From Spirochaetia bacterium (GTDB lineage Bacteria; Spirochaetota; Spirochaetia; DSM-16054; Sediminispirochaetaceae): a stretch of DNA of 64,000 bases. The stretch covers positions 576,001 to 640,000 of the forward strand of contig JAXHMY010000001.1 of NCBI GenBank assembly GCA_034520965.1, written 5' to 3'. Shown here in pieces: positions 20,614-31,541 of this stretch. Below the pieces are notes generated by a model, which saw nothing but the letters and a program-made list of their open reading frames with translations, was not told the DNA's origin and did not search any database. Position numbers and translations under genes: made by a program. Position 1 is the stretch's first letter. Each line of letters starts with the position of its first letter.

Positions 20614-21284
20614 CGTAATTCGTCATAATATTGAAAAAATTTGCTAATACTGTAATTATTTATCTGCTTCCACGAAAAACCGCGATACAGCAGCATCCTA
20701 ATAAACTTATCACGATCGCCCTGTGATTTCTTGATACTTTTTTCTGTTGCCTGCTCCAGTGCCTGTTGCCTAGCTTCCGCACTATATTCCCTGGAAAGCA
20801 CATCTTCAATAATCTCATCGGCAACCCCCTTTTGCGTGAGTGCCGCCTTCAACTTGGTAGGTCCTTCAGATTTTCTACGGATGCGGTTTCTAATCCAGAA
20901 CTCTGCAAATCGACGATCGTCCAATAATTTAGAATTCTGATATGCGTCCAGGGCCTTGGTTATGGTGTCCTTTGAAAATTGGCGTTTCTGCAGCTTGTTT
21001 GCTAACTCGAACCTCGAGTGCTCACGCCGGCTCAACAACTCCGCCACCTTGTATTTGGCTGACAAGAGCTCATCAGCAGCACTCAACTGTTCAAGGAGTA
21101 CATCATCAACTTCTAAATCAATTCGAAGGTGAAGCTCCACCAGCGTATAGGGGGGGACAAAAAAAGAGGAGCTGTCGGAGAGGAGTACTTGTACATACTC
21201 CCCCGAAGCTCCCTCTTTGAATGCGGTAATGTGTGGGTTAACGTTTTGAGAACTGGAACTTTCTGCGTGCACCACGCTGACCAT
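20610..21284 (-). CDS. recX: Regulatory protein RecX (start uncertain; overlaps the rpsI 3' end)
   Basis: [46 protein letters not shown]. Confidence 0.9.
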   Translation of the reverse strand: MVSVVHAESSSSQNVNPHITAFKEGASGEYVQVLLSDSSSFFVPPYTLVELHLRIDLEVDDVLLEQLSAADELLSAKYKVAELLSRREHSRFELANKLQKRQFSKDTITKALDAYQNSKLLDDRRFAEFWIRNRIRRKSEGPTKLKAALTQKGVADEIIEDVLSREYSAEARQQALEQATEKSIKKSQGDRDKFIRMLLYRGFSWKQINNYSISKFFQYYDELR

Positions 21285-21636
21285 ACTTCTTACGTTCAAC
21301 CATACGTGAATCTCGGGTCATAAAACCGTTGGCCTTCAGCGAAGGCTGATTGGTTTCGTCGTACGCTACCAGCGCACGTGAGAGGCCGTGTCGGGTTGCT
21401 CCGGCCTGACCGGTAGGACCACCGCCTTTTACATTTACCATCACATCAAACTTAGTCAGCGAATCAGTTGCATCCAGGGGCTGCTTCACCACATAAGTGA
21501 GCCCCGGGTTCTTAAAATACTCGCCGACATCTTTGCCGTTTACTACAATTTTACCGTTACCTTCACGGAGAAATACCCGTGCTACGGAGGTCTTTCTTCT
21601 TCCTGTTCCTAATGCAAGATTTGCTTTGCTATCCAC
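21238..21636 (-). CDS. rpsI: 30S ribosomal protein S9
   Basis: [42 protein letters not shown] start after AAGGAG. Confidence 0.98.
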   Translation of the reverse strand: MDSKANLALGTGRRKTSVARVFLREGNGKIVVNGKDVGEYFKNPGLTYVVKQPLDATDSLTKFDVMVNVKGGGPTGQAGATRHGLSRALVAYDETNQPSLKANGFMTRDSRMVERKKYGQRGARRKFQFSKR

Positions 21637-21652
21637 GTTTATCTCTCCTTCC

Positions 21653-22081
21653 TCATATTTCCAGTTTTTCAGGCATCTGGGCGGTATGGGGATGACTGGG
21701 CCCCGCATATACCTTCAGATTTTTGTAGAGCTTGCGTCCAAGGGGGCCTTTGGGAAGCATTCCCCATACAGCCCGTTCCATTGGATAGACAGGCTTTTTC
21801 ACAATCATTTTCTCAAAACTCTCTCCGGTAATACCACCGGGATACCCGGAGTGCCGGTAATACATTTTTTGGTTTGCCTTGCGGCCAGTCAGCTCGACTT
21901 TGTCGGCATTGATCACGATTACATAATCACCCATTTCCTGATGATTCATGAACTCGGGCTTATGTTTTCCTCGCAGAACCGATGCAATTTTTACTGCCAC
22001 CCGGCCAAGCCGCATACCAGTTGCATCTACCACATACCATTTCCGTTCAATCTTATCAGGTTTTACATTAATTGTCTTCAT
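21653..22081 (-). CDS. rplM: 50S ribosomal protein L13
   Basis: [37 protein letters not shown]. Confidence 0.98.
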   Translation of the reverse strand: MKTINVKPDKIERKWYVVDATGMRLGRVAVKIASVLRGKHKPEFMNHQEMGDYVIVINADKVELTGRKANQKMYYRHSGYPGGITGESFEKMIVKKPVYPMERAVWGMLPKGPLGRKLYKNLKVYAGPSHPHTAQMPEKLEI

Positions 22082-22212
22082 ACCCATTCCTCTATATTAA
22101 ACTTTACGCGTGTATTACTATTAAGAAAATAGTCGAATACGACTATTTTTCTCGTTTCGGTTGCCGCACAGCGGCATGCGAAACTATCTAAAGACGTAGA
22201 CAAGTGTGGAGC

Positions 22213-22241
22213 ATCTTTTCATATTTCGATGTGAATGTCAA
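22213..22241 (-). promoter_or_regulatory. Putative rplM promoter
   Basis: TTGACA-N17-AAAGAT with an extended TGn. Confidence 0.5.
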
Positions 22242-22275
22242 GACCGAGGGAAATAACGGGGGTCGGCCTTTCTGA

Positions 22276-22539
22276 TTATCTCTCTACCTTGTCGTTAGAT
22301 ACGGAGACTTCATTCTCCTGTGTATCCGCCTCTGCTTTCTCCTTCTTCTCTTCTATTCTATCGCGTATATCGGCAATTCCAATCAGTACTGCAACTAATC
22401 CGATAAACAATGCTAACACAGGAATGCCGCCTTGCAGAAAATCTATCACATAGGGCCACCATTGCAAAGCCCATTCAAAAGGAAGCACGGAGTATACGGT
22501 GAACAATAAAATCAGAATACCTATAATCAATGCCGTCAT
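22276..22539 (-). CDS. Small hypothetical 2-TM membrane protein
   Basis: Two TM helices, charged tail, AGAGGAG SD. Confidence 0.75.
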   Translation of the reverse strand: MTALIIGILILLFTVYSVLPFEWALQWWPYVIDFLQGGIPVLALFIGLVAVLIGIADIRDRIEEKKEKAEADTQENEVSVSNDKVER

Positions 22540-22607
22540 ACGCTTCTCCTCTCTTGTGTTACCCCTATAATATTCATATTCTGTTCAACGTCAATACACC
22601 AGAGCTG

Positions 22608-22910
22608 CTATTCACCATGTCTACTGCGTAAGAGCATGACCAGAAAGCCGATACCAAACAGCAGAAGGGGTAAGTTCCTAAGAATAACCTCGACTCTGAT
22701 AAGATCCGGGTAAATAAATACGTTGGAGGAGACAACACCAAATAACTGCAGGGTTGAATAGATAATCTCGCCGTATTCAACGATTACTCCCATAATTACC
22801 AACATCCAGGCAATATCACGGGTTTTCGCCCATAAGAGTATCGCCAGAAAAGTGGCGACAGCCCCAGCAGACAGCCGTACAATAATACTGATAAGATCTA
22901 CCGTTTCCAT
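22608..22910 (-). CDS. Hypothetical 3-TM membrane protein
   Basis: Hydrophobic ORF with AAGGAG SD, co-oriented with its neighbours. Confidence 0.75.
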   Translation of the reverse strand: METVDLISIIVRLSAGAVATFLAILLWAKTRDIAWMLVIMGVIVEYGEIIYSTLQLFGVVSSNVFIYPDLIRVEVILRNLPLLLFGIGFLVMLLRSRHGE

Positions 22911-22939
22911 GGCTACTCCTTTTTCTAAAACTCTATTTC

Positions 22940-25079
22940 CTAAAACTCTTCCGCGATTTCCTCTAACGAAGCATATTCGGGAATAAATTGGGCGGTTTGT
23001 CCGGTTTCAAAACGAACAAATACCACTACATGACTTCCGTTATGGGTCGTTTTCCACACTACACCGGCGCCATACTCATCATGATACACACGGGTACCCT
23101 TTTTCCACTCCCGGGCTTCTTCAGAATAATCCAGCAGCACCGCCGATCCCCTGACCGGGGAGGGAATATCGTGAATCTAACTCAACTTCAGCCTCGGGCA
23201 GTTCGTTGAGAAAGCGGGAGGGCATCTGGAAGTTGGTTTTTCCCCAAATCATTCTCTGGCGACAGGAGGTAAAGTAGAGTTCATTTCGAGCCCGGGTGAT
23301 GCTTACATAGAAGATTCTCCGTTCCTCTTCAAGCTCATCGTCTTTTTCATCGGGACGGCTGGGAAACAAACCATCTTCCATACCAGTAATTATTACGCGG
23401 TCAAACTCAAGCCCCTTGGTGTTATGCATGGTAATCAAGGTCACTCCCGGCAGAGCTGCCGGATCATCCTTAGCTATCCGGGAGCGGTCCAGCTCAAGAT
23501 CTTCCAAGAACCGGCTTAAACCTTCCATTCCACCGGAGTAGTCAGCGGCGGCACTGACCAGTTCTTCTAAATTCGCTACCTTTTGAGTAAGTGCTATCTC
23601 ATCCTGCTTGCGATGATACTCAAGTATGCCGGATTTTCTTACGGCGGTATTGATAAAATCCGACAGAAGTTTTTCGGTAATCCCCTTCTCAAGTTCCTGT
23701 AGATAACCCAGCACCTCTTCAACACCCTTACGGCTGCGTGAGGAGAGGGCGGGGGCCATGCGCTGCATTGCAGCAATTAGGTCTCCGTCTTCGCTCACCG
23801 CCTCCTCAATAAGGGATGAAACGGTTTTTGCCCCGATACCACGGGCGGGTTTATTTACGATCCGCCGAAAGGCTACCTCGTCATTATGATTTACAAAAAA
23901 ACTAAGCAGCGCAAGGGCATCCTTTACCTCCTCACGGTCATAAAACCTAAGGGAGCCTACAATCTTATAGGGGATTCCCTTTTTTACAAAACAGGTTTCC
24001 AGGCTTCGCGACTGGGCGTTGGTTCGATACAGGATTGCTGTGCCGGCCATATTCCCATCTTCCAGCAGCCGGGCGCAGTATTCCGCTTCTTCGTCATGAT
24101 TACGCAGAAAGGCAACTTTTGCCTTTACCCCCTTTCCCTGACTGGTCCAGAGGGTTTTTCCCAGGCGCTGACGGTTATGGTTCACTACATGAGAGGCTAT
24201 AGAGAGGATTCTTTCAGTCGATCGATAATTCTGCTCAAGACGGATAATTTTAGTGTTTTCAAACTCATCGGGAAAAGTGATAATATTGCGCACCTCAGCC
24301 CCACGAAAGCGGTAGATTGACTGATCATCATCGCCTACCACACACAGGGATGTCTGAGGACCATACAGAAGCTTCAGCAGTTCATATTGGGCTACATTTG
24401 AGTCCTGATACTCATCCACCAAAATCACCTTAAATCGGGAATGCATTCGACGCTGAACTTCCGGTTCCGACCGCAGCAGTTCCACCGGACGAAGGATTAA
24501 ATCGCCAAAATCAGCATTCCCAATCTCGCGCAGCCGGTCCTCATAACGGGTATACATCTCCTGCAGACGCGGGTCGCTGCTTATTTGAGATAGATCATCC
24601 CCAGGACAAAGCGCGTAATCCTTGGCCCGGCTTATCGTACGGTTGTAAGTAGACAGCTCGCGGCGCTTGTAAGAGGGATACAAGCTGTGCAGCAGAGTCA
24701 AAGAGTCATCATCATCATAGATGGAAAAGTTACTATTCAGGCCCAGCAGATGGGCGTTGCGACGCAGGAGCCAAGCACCAAAGGAGTGAAACGTACGAAC
24801 CATAACCCCATAGGCATTGGGGGCCATGGTCAATACCCGAGAATGCATTTCATCGGCCGCTTTATTAGTAAAAGTTACCGCTAAGATTGAGCGCGGATCG
24901 ACTCCCAGCTGATTGATAAAATAGGCAATTTTAGTGGTAATTACCCGGGTTTTACCGGAACCGGCGCCGGCTAAAATGAGAAGCGATCGCCCCTCATGGA
25001 GAACAGCCTGCTTTTGCTCTTTATTGAGCACTTGCAAATAATTCGCTTCTTCCGTATTTTCCGATTTAGATGAGCTCAT
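22940..25079 (-). CDS. uvrD: UvrD/PcrA ATP-dependent DNA helicase (C-terminal Tudor-like domain split off by a frameshift at about 23150)
   Basis: AGAGSGKT, TFTNKAA, VDEYQD, VGDDDQSIYRFRGA, LEQNYRS, TMHNTKGLEF; GTRVYHDEYGAGVV in the 22940-23140 frame. Confidence 0.95.
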
Positions 25080-26412
25080 TCAGGGGCACCACCTCAAGAT
25101 CGAAGTTATTGCGCTTTACAACCTTCATATCAAGCCAGTTGCCCGGCTGCACTTGATCGCTCAGTATAATGGCTGTTCCGTCCACCTCCGGGGCGTGCAA
25201 ATACCCACGGCCAAGGGCCATAGCTTCCTCCGGAATAGTCTCTTCAACCAAAACTCGCAGCGGGCGCTGTACAAAACGGTCCATTTGCTTTGCGGAGACC
25301 TCCGACTGCACCTGCTCTAAAGCATTTTTCCTTAGCTGAGCTCGGCGGGAGATCAACTTGTCGCCGAAACCAGAACGCAACGAGTACGCCCGAGTGCCCT
25401 CTTCGCGCGAGAACAGGAATACGCCGGCCCAGTCAAAGCGGGCTTCCTGCTGGAAGCTCTGAAGCTGTTGAAACTCACGCCGGCCTTCGCCGGGAAAGCC
25501 AACCATCAGGGTCGACCGGATAACTGAATCCGGAAGCTCGTAACGAATCTGCTCAATAAGATGCAGATACTCTGAGGCGGTGCCGCTGCGGCCCATCCGC
25601 CGCAACACCCGCGTGGATCCGTGTTGAAAGGGAATATCAAAGTACGGAAGGATTCGCGGATCATCCTTCATGATCGATAGAATTTCGACGGGGAAATTAT
25701 CCGGATGAATATACAACAGGCGCAGCCAAAAATCCCCGGACAGTTCGCTAATCTTCCTCAAGAGCAAGGGAAACTCCTGTTGTCCGCGATCGTTCCCGAA
25801 GGCAGCCAAGTCCTGGGCAATGAGGTTGATTTCAACAATCCCCTTTTGCAGGAGTTCCCGGATCTGTCGTAAAATTTCTTCGATGGGTATACTTTTAAGC
25901 GGGCCGCGGATAAGGGGGATCGCGCAAAAACTGCAGCGATGATTGCAGCCTTCAGATATCTTTACATAGGAAGAACCGGCGAAAGAAAAAAGCTGATCAC
26001 GATAGGCGGGAGAATACTGCCAATCCGGTAAAGTGACCGGGCGCTCACCAGCCATTACCTGCTGCGACACAGTATCGATTTGCTGCAGATCATGATTGCC
26101 GAAAATACCGTCGACCTCCGGCAGCTGCTCCAGTAAATCCTTTCCATAACGCTGGGCAAAACAACCAGCCAGCAGTACCTTTTTTCCCGGGTAGGCTGTG
26201 CGAAATGAGAGCACCGTTTCTATACTCTCCTCTTTAGCCGGCTGAATAAAGCCGCAGGTGTTTACGATGATCAAGTCGGCCTGCTCGGCCTGATCAACAT
26301 AGGTCCATCCCTTTTGCTGCAAGGTAGCGAGTAGTATTTCGGAATCTACCTGGTTCTTGGCGCAACCGAGACTCTCTATATAAAATTTAGCTTGGCTATT
26401 GTTTGACTGCAT
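25066..26412 (-). CDS. rimO: Ribosomal protein S12 methylthiotransferase
   Basis: SLGCAKNQVDSE, NTCGFI, KISEGCNHRCSFCAIP, APEVDG. Confidence 0.96.
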   Translation of the reverse strand: MQSNNSQAKFYIESLGCAKNQVDSEILLATLQQKGWTYVDQAEQADLIIVNTCGFIQPAKEESIETVLSFRTAYPGKKVLLAGCFAQRYGKDLLEQLPEVDGIFGNHDLQQIDTVSQQVMAGERPVTLPDWQYSPAYRDQLFSFAGSSYVKISEGCNHRCSFCAIPLIRGPLKSIPIEEILRQIRELLQKGIVEINLIAQDLAAFGNDRGQQEFPLLLRKISELSGDFWLRLLYIHPDNFPVEILSIMKDDPRILPYFDIPFQHGSTRVLRRMGRSGTASEYLHLIEQIRYELPDSVIRSTLMVGFPGEGRREFQQLQSFQQEARFDWAGVFLFSREEGTRAYSLRSGFGDKLISRRAQLRKNALEQVQSEVSAKQMDRFVQRPLRVLVEETIPEEAMALGRGYLHAPEVDGTAIILSDQVQPGNWLDMKVVKRNNFDLEVVPLNELI

Positions 26413-27555
26413 TAGTAAACCGGTAACATTCTCAACTCATAGCGATCAGCATCTTCATCACGCTGCCAACGAATCAGTTTAGTTGCTACCTCTCCGGGGC
26501 CGCCAAAGTTGATTTCTTCTCCAGCTAATTTGGCTTGGAAGGAACCGGCATTTGAAATCCACAACATCACTTCCCGGTCAACCTCTAAGCGGAGAGTATC
26601 GTTTCCATTAAAGTAGCGCTGCTCCCGACTCTCTCCATCTTTGCTATACCGTACCAGAGAATAGCCGCGGAAGGATACATCAATTCGAAATGCTTCAGGC
26701 TGTTCTGCGGTAATAATTGTTACCGGCGACTGGGTTCGAGACTCCACCGAAGTAGTACCCGTATCAGAAACGGTGATAGCCTCTGTCTGATTCTCTGTTG
26801 AAGATATTTCTTCGGATTCTGCTTCAGCGGTCCTCCCGAGGCCCCGGTCAAAACGCAGCACTGCTGTTCCGCCCTGGGTATCAATATCCTGGACCTTAAT
26901 ACTTATATCATTCCGATCATCCTGGGTAAGATCAAGCAGCAGCTCTTCACCCAAGGACGCTTTGGTAATTCCGTTTGGCGTAGTTAAGCTCACTTGCTCC
27001 CCAACCTCGGTTACCGTAATATCTATCCTTTCCTCGTTCAGGACCAGTCGTAAAGTCTGTCCTTCCTGAAACCGCCGCTCAACGATCTCCTCACCCATCT
27101 CATAACGGCCGGCGGACGTTTCGGCCTCCTGCTGCATTGTTGAGTTCTGCTGTGCCTCGGCCGCTTCAACCTGTCCGGAATCATTACTTAGCCAAAGGTA
27201 AGCTCCATACCCCCCACCGCCCACTACAGCGACGGCTAGGACAATTCCAAGTCATGCATGCTGAGGGAAGGGCCGACGTCTTCTTACCCTGAAGAAGCTC
27301 TTCCATGGGTACCGGCTGCTCTTGTATTTGCATATTACGGTACAAGTTTACCAGGCGTTCAGAATCGAGCCCCAAATAATCACTGTAATTTCGCAAAAAT
27401 CCGAGCAGGTAGGTATCGCCGGGAAAAGCGGAAAAATCTTCCTGCTCCATCGCCAGAATAAAACGACGGGCGATATTAGTATCTCGGGCTACCTGGTCGG
27501 TAGAGTAACCCTTTTCCTCACGTGCTGTTTTTAACTTTTCACCTATAGATTCCAT
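26412..27555 (-). CDS. RodZ-like HTH membrane protein (frameshift at about 27250)
   Basis: IGEKLKTAREEKG...FPGDTYLLGFLRNYSDYLGL; C-terminal DUF4115-like ISNAGS; lies upstream of rimO. Confidence 0.85.
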
Positions 27556-27558
27556 ATT

Positions 27559-28249
27559 TTAATTTTCCGGTTCAAATAGAAAATTATCAACCTTATACGC
27601 CGACGGCGGCTCCTCAAAACGAAAACGGGTATCGGGAATATTCTGATTGGGTTGAATGCCTATAAAATCAAATTGAAAATTCTCGTACGCATCTGTTATA
27701 CCAACCATTCGTCGTATCATCATATCCTTGTTCACGGACATCTCTATCTGCCGAAACCCTTCGCCGGGTGTACGCCATGCCAGCTTCAGCTTTCGTACCA
27801 TCTCGTCCGAACCCTCTTCAATCGGTACCGGCTCCGGACCATCTAAAAATGCTACGCTGTAGTTCTGTTTTAACAGGTTTCAACCCCTGTTCGCTGGCCA
27901 TGGTTTCCAGGGACGACTTTGAGTGACGAGTTATTTCCTGCCGCATTACTACATGATGCAGGGGGAGATACAACAGCATTTGAACACCATCTACTACCAA
28001 TACCTGGTCCTCAGGCTCGGTAAAGTTTATCCGAAGAAGGTTTGGAGACTTATAGTAGATTTTCCCCTTTAAGACTTCCTCTTCCTTGGAAATAATAATA
28101 TCGGCCTTATAATCATCAATAGTGCCGTAGTGTTCCGATACCGCCTCAAAATATTGTTCAGCGGTTAGTATATTCTGAGCAAACAGTGTCAACGGCGTTA
28201 CGGCTGCCATCAAGACGAGTGCGGACAAGTAAATAGTTATCTTTTTCAT
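27559..28249 (-). CDS. lolA: LolA-family outer-membrane lipoprotein carrier (frameshift at about 27878)
   Basis: Signal peptide, GKIYYKSPNLLRINFTEP..QVLVVDG; the C-terminal half lies in the 27559-27801 frame. Confidence 0.82.
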
Positions 28250-28313
28250 CTGTTTCATCATACTCAATGAGGGGTGTTTGTCAAGGATGGGAGTAATTCC
28301 AAATTATTTGGAA

Positions 28314-30755
28314 TTACTGGTCACTGGAGAGCCCTGTGTACTGCAGGGCTAAATATTTCAAACCGTTCTTGGACAGTTTTAGGGGCTCACCGCAGCTTGC
28401 ACACACAAAACGCTGATTTTCCATATGTCCAGAGGCACATGCAACACAATACACCCTCCCACAACTTGGACAGATACCGGCCGGCATTTCTCCGGGAGGC
28501 TCTCCGTACAATCTCACTTGACTCTGCTCCGGTATATCAAGGGGAACCCACCACTCACGACCGCATTCAGCACATTCAAAATGTTCTTCCGTGATGTCCC
28601 GAATACGGCTTAACAGCTCCCGGGCTTCAGTTTTCAACTTAGTATCTAATAGCTGTTCAGCTTCCAAACGGGACACTTCCATAGCACCCGAGTGCAGAGC
28701 ACTTTGGGCATGCAGAAGTTTCAGCTGCAGCGAGTCGGGATCCATATCCAGCCCGGCTCCACTTGCGGAAAAGGCGCGCTGATACTCTCCCTTCTCCATT
28801 GCAATTTTGGTAATGAGCTCGTAGCCCCTCACTGTCGGAGTCGATTCCAGTAGGCTTGCTAACTGTTCTTCGGCTCCATTAATATACCCCCCATCCCAGA
28901 GAGCCGCTGCAAGATTTTCTCGAAACACCGGTTCGTCCGGATTTAGCTGAACCGCACGACGGTACGCTTCAGTAGCATCTTCGAGGCGATCACTTTTAGC
29001 ATACAAGTTTCCTATTTGGTTAAAAGAGGGCGCGTCTTGCTTATTGAATACTTCTAAAGCGGCATCCAGCCCCTCTGTATGAAATTTTACTTCCGAATAA
29101 TTTATGACCACCTCGGTCTCTTCCGGCAGGAGCGAATAAGCATTTTCAAGTACGTCCCGAGCTGCTCCGTACTCGCCCTGCTCCATTTTTATCAGTCCCG
29201 CCAGATTATGCACCCAGCCGTCCTTTGGCTGCAGTTCCCGTGCCTTCGCAAGCGCCTCCGCCGGATCGCTTCCCATCAGATACTCACATTCAGCACGCTT
29301 GAGCCAATACAGATAAAAATCGGGAACACTTTCAATGGCCACATTAAAGCAGCGTACCGCCTCCGCATGTGCCCCCCGCTGCATATACAGAAGGCCCTGC
29401 AGAAACTCAATTTCACTTTCCGCCTCTCCCCTTTCAATCAGAGACCGAAAAATCTTCTCCGCCGCCTCGATACTGCCTTCCTGAAAGAGCAGTTTACCTC
29501 GAACTGCCGCCACATGTGGATTATCAGGATCGATCCTTTTAATCTGTTCAAAGATAAAAGGGAGCTCATCAAAGGCCTCCTGCCGAAAGAACAGCCGCGA
29601 AGCCTCCGCATAATACAAACCGGCTTGGGCTGGATCATCGCTGCGATCGAGAGCCCGGGCTGCATTCAAATGAAAAATCGGCACTTCACCATTCAGTTCA
29701 ACCGCCTTCAGATACTTTTGGGCCGCCTCCGACCAACGTCCCATGGCATACTCCGCATTTCCATATAAATTCCAGAGCGGGGAATTCTGTGGAAAAGAAT
29801 CAATAATCTGCTCCACATACCTGCGGGTCTCTAAGAAACGGTTTTGAAGGTACAAGAGATTGGCCTTTTCAAGTTTTGCCTCTGCATAAGATGAATCCTG
29901 CTGAAGACAGAGTTCAATCTGCTCAAGCGCCTCTTGGTACAGACCCAGGTTTAAATACGTCTCCGCAAGTATAAAAAGTCCATCTTTCTCGGGTGTACTT
30001 TGCTGGAAGGCACGGCGAAGCTGGACCAGCGCACCGGTAAAATGCCCCTGACCATACAAACGCTCAGCCAAGCGCAGCCGCTGCTGAGGGTCCACTGAAA
30101 GTACCTTCGTCCAGCGATCATACCATACCTCCACTTCCACAGGTCGGGACTCAAGCAGCATATGTGTAAGGGCAAACTCAGCATGCTGCCCCTGATCATA
30201 ATTCTGTCCGGCAAACGCCAGTAAGCCGGTATCAAAGGACTCGTCGGCGGTTTCTGCAATCCATTGGTCATCAAGATAAAAGGAAAAGGAGGAGTTATGG
30301 GCAATAATACGAAACTTAAAGGATGAGGAAGTCTGTTGAAGGGGTATTTCCAACCAGGGAATGAGAGGGGTTGGATTTCCGTTAAACACCACATCAAAAC
30401 GGAAATAACCTCTATTTGAAATGAGTGCGTAATAGTAATTTTCTTCATTGATATAACGAAACAGCAAGCCTGCGGCGGAGTGGCCGTTGTCAGGACTGCA
30501 CTGGATCTGCATTTCGGACACAAAATTGCGGTAGCGATAGGGCGAAAAGAGAGCCCATGCAAATAAGTTGCTCCGCTTTAACTGCAAGCGCAGGGCAGCA
30601 TGAGAATGCACAGCCCGGAAGGAGTCCGTATCCTCCTCTACAAAGCGCTTTTTGCTCAGTGCCGAAAAGTTTGATTTCCATTTCTCTTCGCCGAGAGCTC
30701 CCTCTTCAGGCGTGTTTCTCGACAGCTTGCTCAATATCCAGCGTAACATATGCAT
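28314..30755 (-). CDS. Large TPR protein with an N-terminal lectin-like beta domain and C-terminal Zn ribbons
   Basis: AGLLFRY..NYYYALIS beta-sandwich segment, many TPR helices, CAECG / CPSCG..CVAC / CASCG. Confidence 0.85.
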   Translation of the reverse strand: MHMLRWILSKLSRNTPEEGALGEEKWKSNFSALSKKRFVEEDTDSFRAVHSHAALRLQLKRSNLFAWALFSPYRYRNFVSEMQIQCSPDNGHSAAGLLFRYINEENYYYALISNRGYFRFDVVFNGNPTPLIPWLEIPLQQTSSSFKFRIIAHNSSFSFYLDDQWIAETADESFDTGLLAFAGQNYDQGQHAEFALTHMLLESRPVEVEVWYDRWTKVLSVDPQQRLRLAERLYGQGHFTGALVQLRRAFQQSTPEKDGLFILAETYLNLGLYQEALEQIELCLQQDSSYAEAKLEKANLLYLQNRFLETRRYVEQIIDSFPQNSPLWNLYGNAEYAMGRWSEAAQKYLKAVELNGEVPIFHLNAARALDRSDDPAQAGLYYAEASRLFFRQEAFDELPFIFEQIKRIDPDNPHVAAVRGKLLFQEGSIEAAEKIFRSLIERGEAESEIEFLQGLLYMQRGAHAEAVRCFNVAIESVPDFYLYWLKRAECEYLMGSDPAEALAKARELQPKDGWVHNLAGLIKMEQGEYGAARDVLENAYSLLPEETEVVINYSEVKFHTEGLDAALEVFNKQDAPSFNQIGNLYAKSDRLEDATEAYRRAVQLNPDEPVFRENLAAALWDGGYINGAEEQLASLLESTPTVRGYELITKIAMEKGEYQRAFSASGAGLDMDPDSLQLKLLHAQSALHSGAMEVSRLEAEQLLDTKLKTEARELLSRIRDITEEHFECAECGREWWVPLDIPEQSQVRLYGEPPGEMPAGICPSCGRVYCVACASGHMENQRFVCASCGEPLKLSKNGLKYLALQYTGLSSDQ

Positions 30756-30865
30756 CGGTTAGTATACGCAGCTGAAAGCTTTACGTCCACCATGGTAGTT
30801 ACGATTTTGAGAGGACATTTCGATATCCCTTGTCTGATGGGCATCGTTAGTGTAAATTGGGAAGC

Positions 30866-31540
30866 ATGAACAGGATAAAGAATGATGAATCCCGCACCCG
30901 GAGTGTCTTCCTTATCATGGGAACGTTCATTCTGACCATTGCTTTGTATCAGAATATTTTTCTTGACCTCCCCTATTTCTACGCTCTGTTTTCACTTGGG
31001 ATGTTTGTAATTCTTCTGGCCCTTTACAATGCCTTTGCTGCAACTAGCTTGTTTGAAAACTGGCGAGGTCGAGACATACTCATTTTTTCGATCATTCTGC
31101 TCATCAGCTGCGTAGGCATTGACAAACTGGGAATGTACTTGGGATATTGGGAGTACCCCCATTACGACAGCAGTGACGACTTGCGCAAGTATTTATTTGA
31201 ATGGGCGGTTGCTCTACTCTACCACATGATAAGCCTTTTAATAGGCATAGAACTGTTTCAGAAAGCCAAACTGCATCAAACCAGTGCGTTTTTCCTGAGC
31301 ATGCTGATAGTGGTTACCCCGGTAGGATTTTTAACCGAAATCCTAAATCTAAATGTGTACTCATGGCGTGTATTACGCATGCCCTTTTCGAATTTCAAAA
31401 TCGGCGACTTTTTTCTCATTTTTCAGACCCTAGGGTATTGGTTAATGGCTTTAATCCCTTATGGGCTCTATCTGTTAATTGATTACATTGTAAAAAAAAG
31501 AAAAACAACAAAAACTATTATTGAAAGGGCAGGAATATAG
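30866..31540 (+). CDS. Hypothetical polytopic membrane protein
   Basis: About 6 TM helices; AT-rich relative to its neighbours; TTGTCT-N17-TAAATT-N7-ATG. Confidence 0.72.
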   Translation: MNRIKNDESRTRSVFLIMGTFILTIALYQNIFLDLPYFYALFSLGMFVILLALYNAFAATSLFENWRGRDILIFSIILLISCVGIDKLGMYLGYWEYPHYDSSDDLRKYLFEWAVALLYHMISLLIGIELFQKAKLHQTSAFFLSMLIVVTPVGFLTEILNLNVYSWRVLRMPFSNFKIGDFFLIFQTLGYWLMALIPYGLYLLIDYIVKKRKTTKTIIERAGI

Positions 31541-31541
31541 C

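Noticed and set aside
29079..29768. Long antisense ORFs such as this 229-aa one, and similar ones (21497-22132, 31724-32329, 47852-48502, 57267-57914)
   Set aside because: They are shadows of well-supported genes on the opposite strand, with no recognisable motifs
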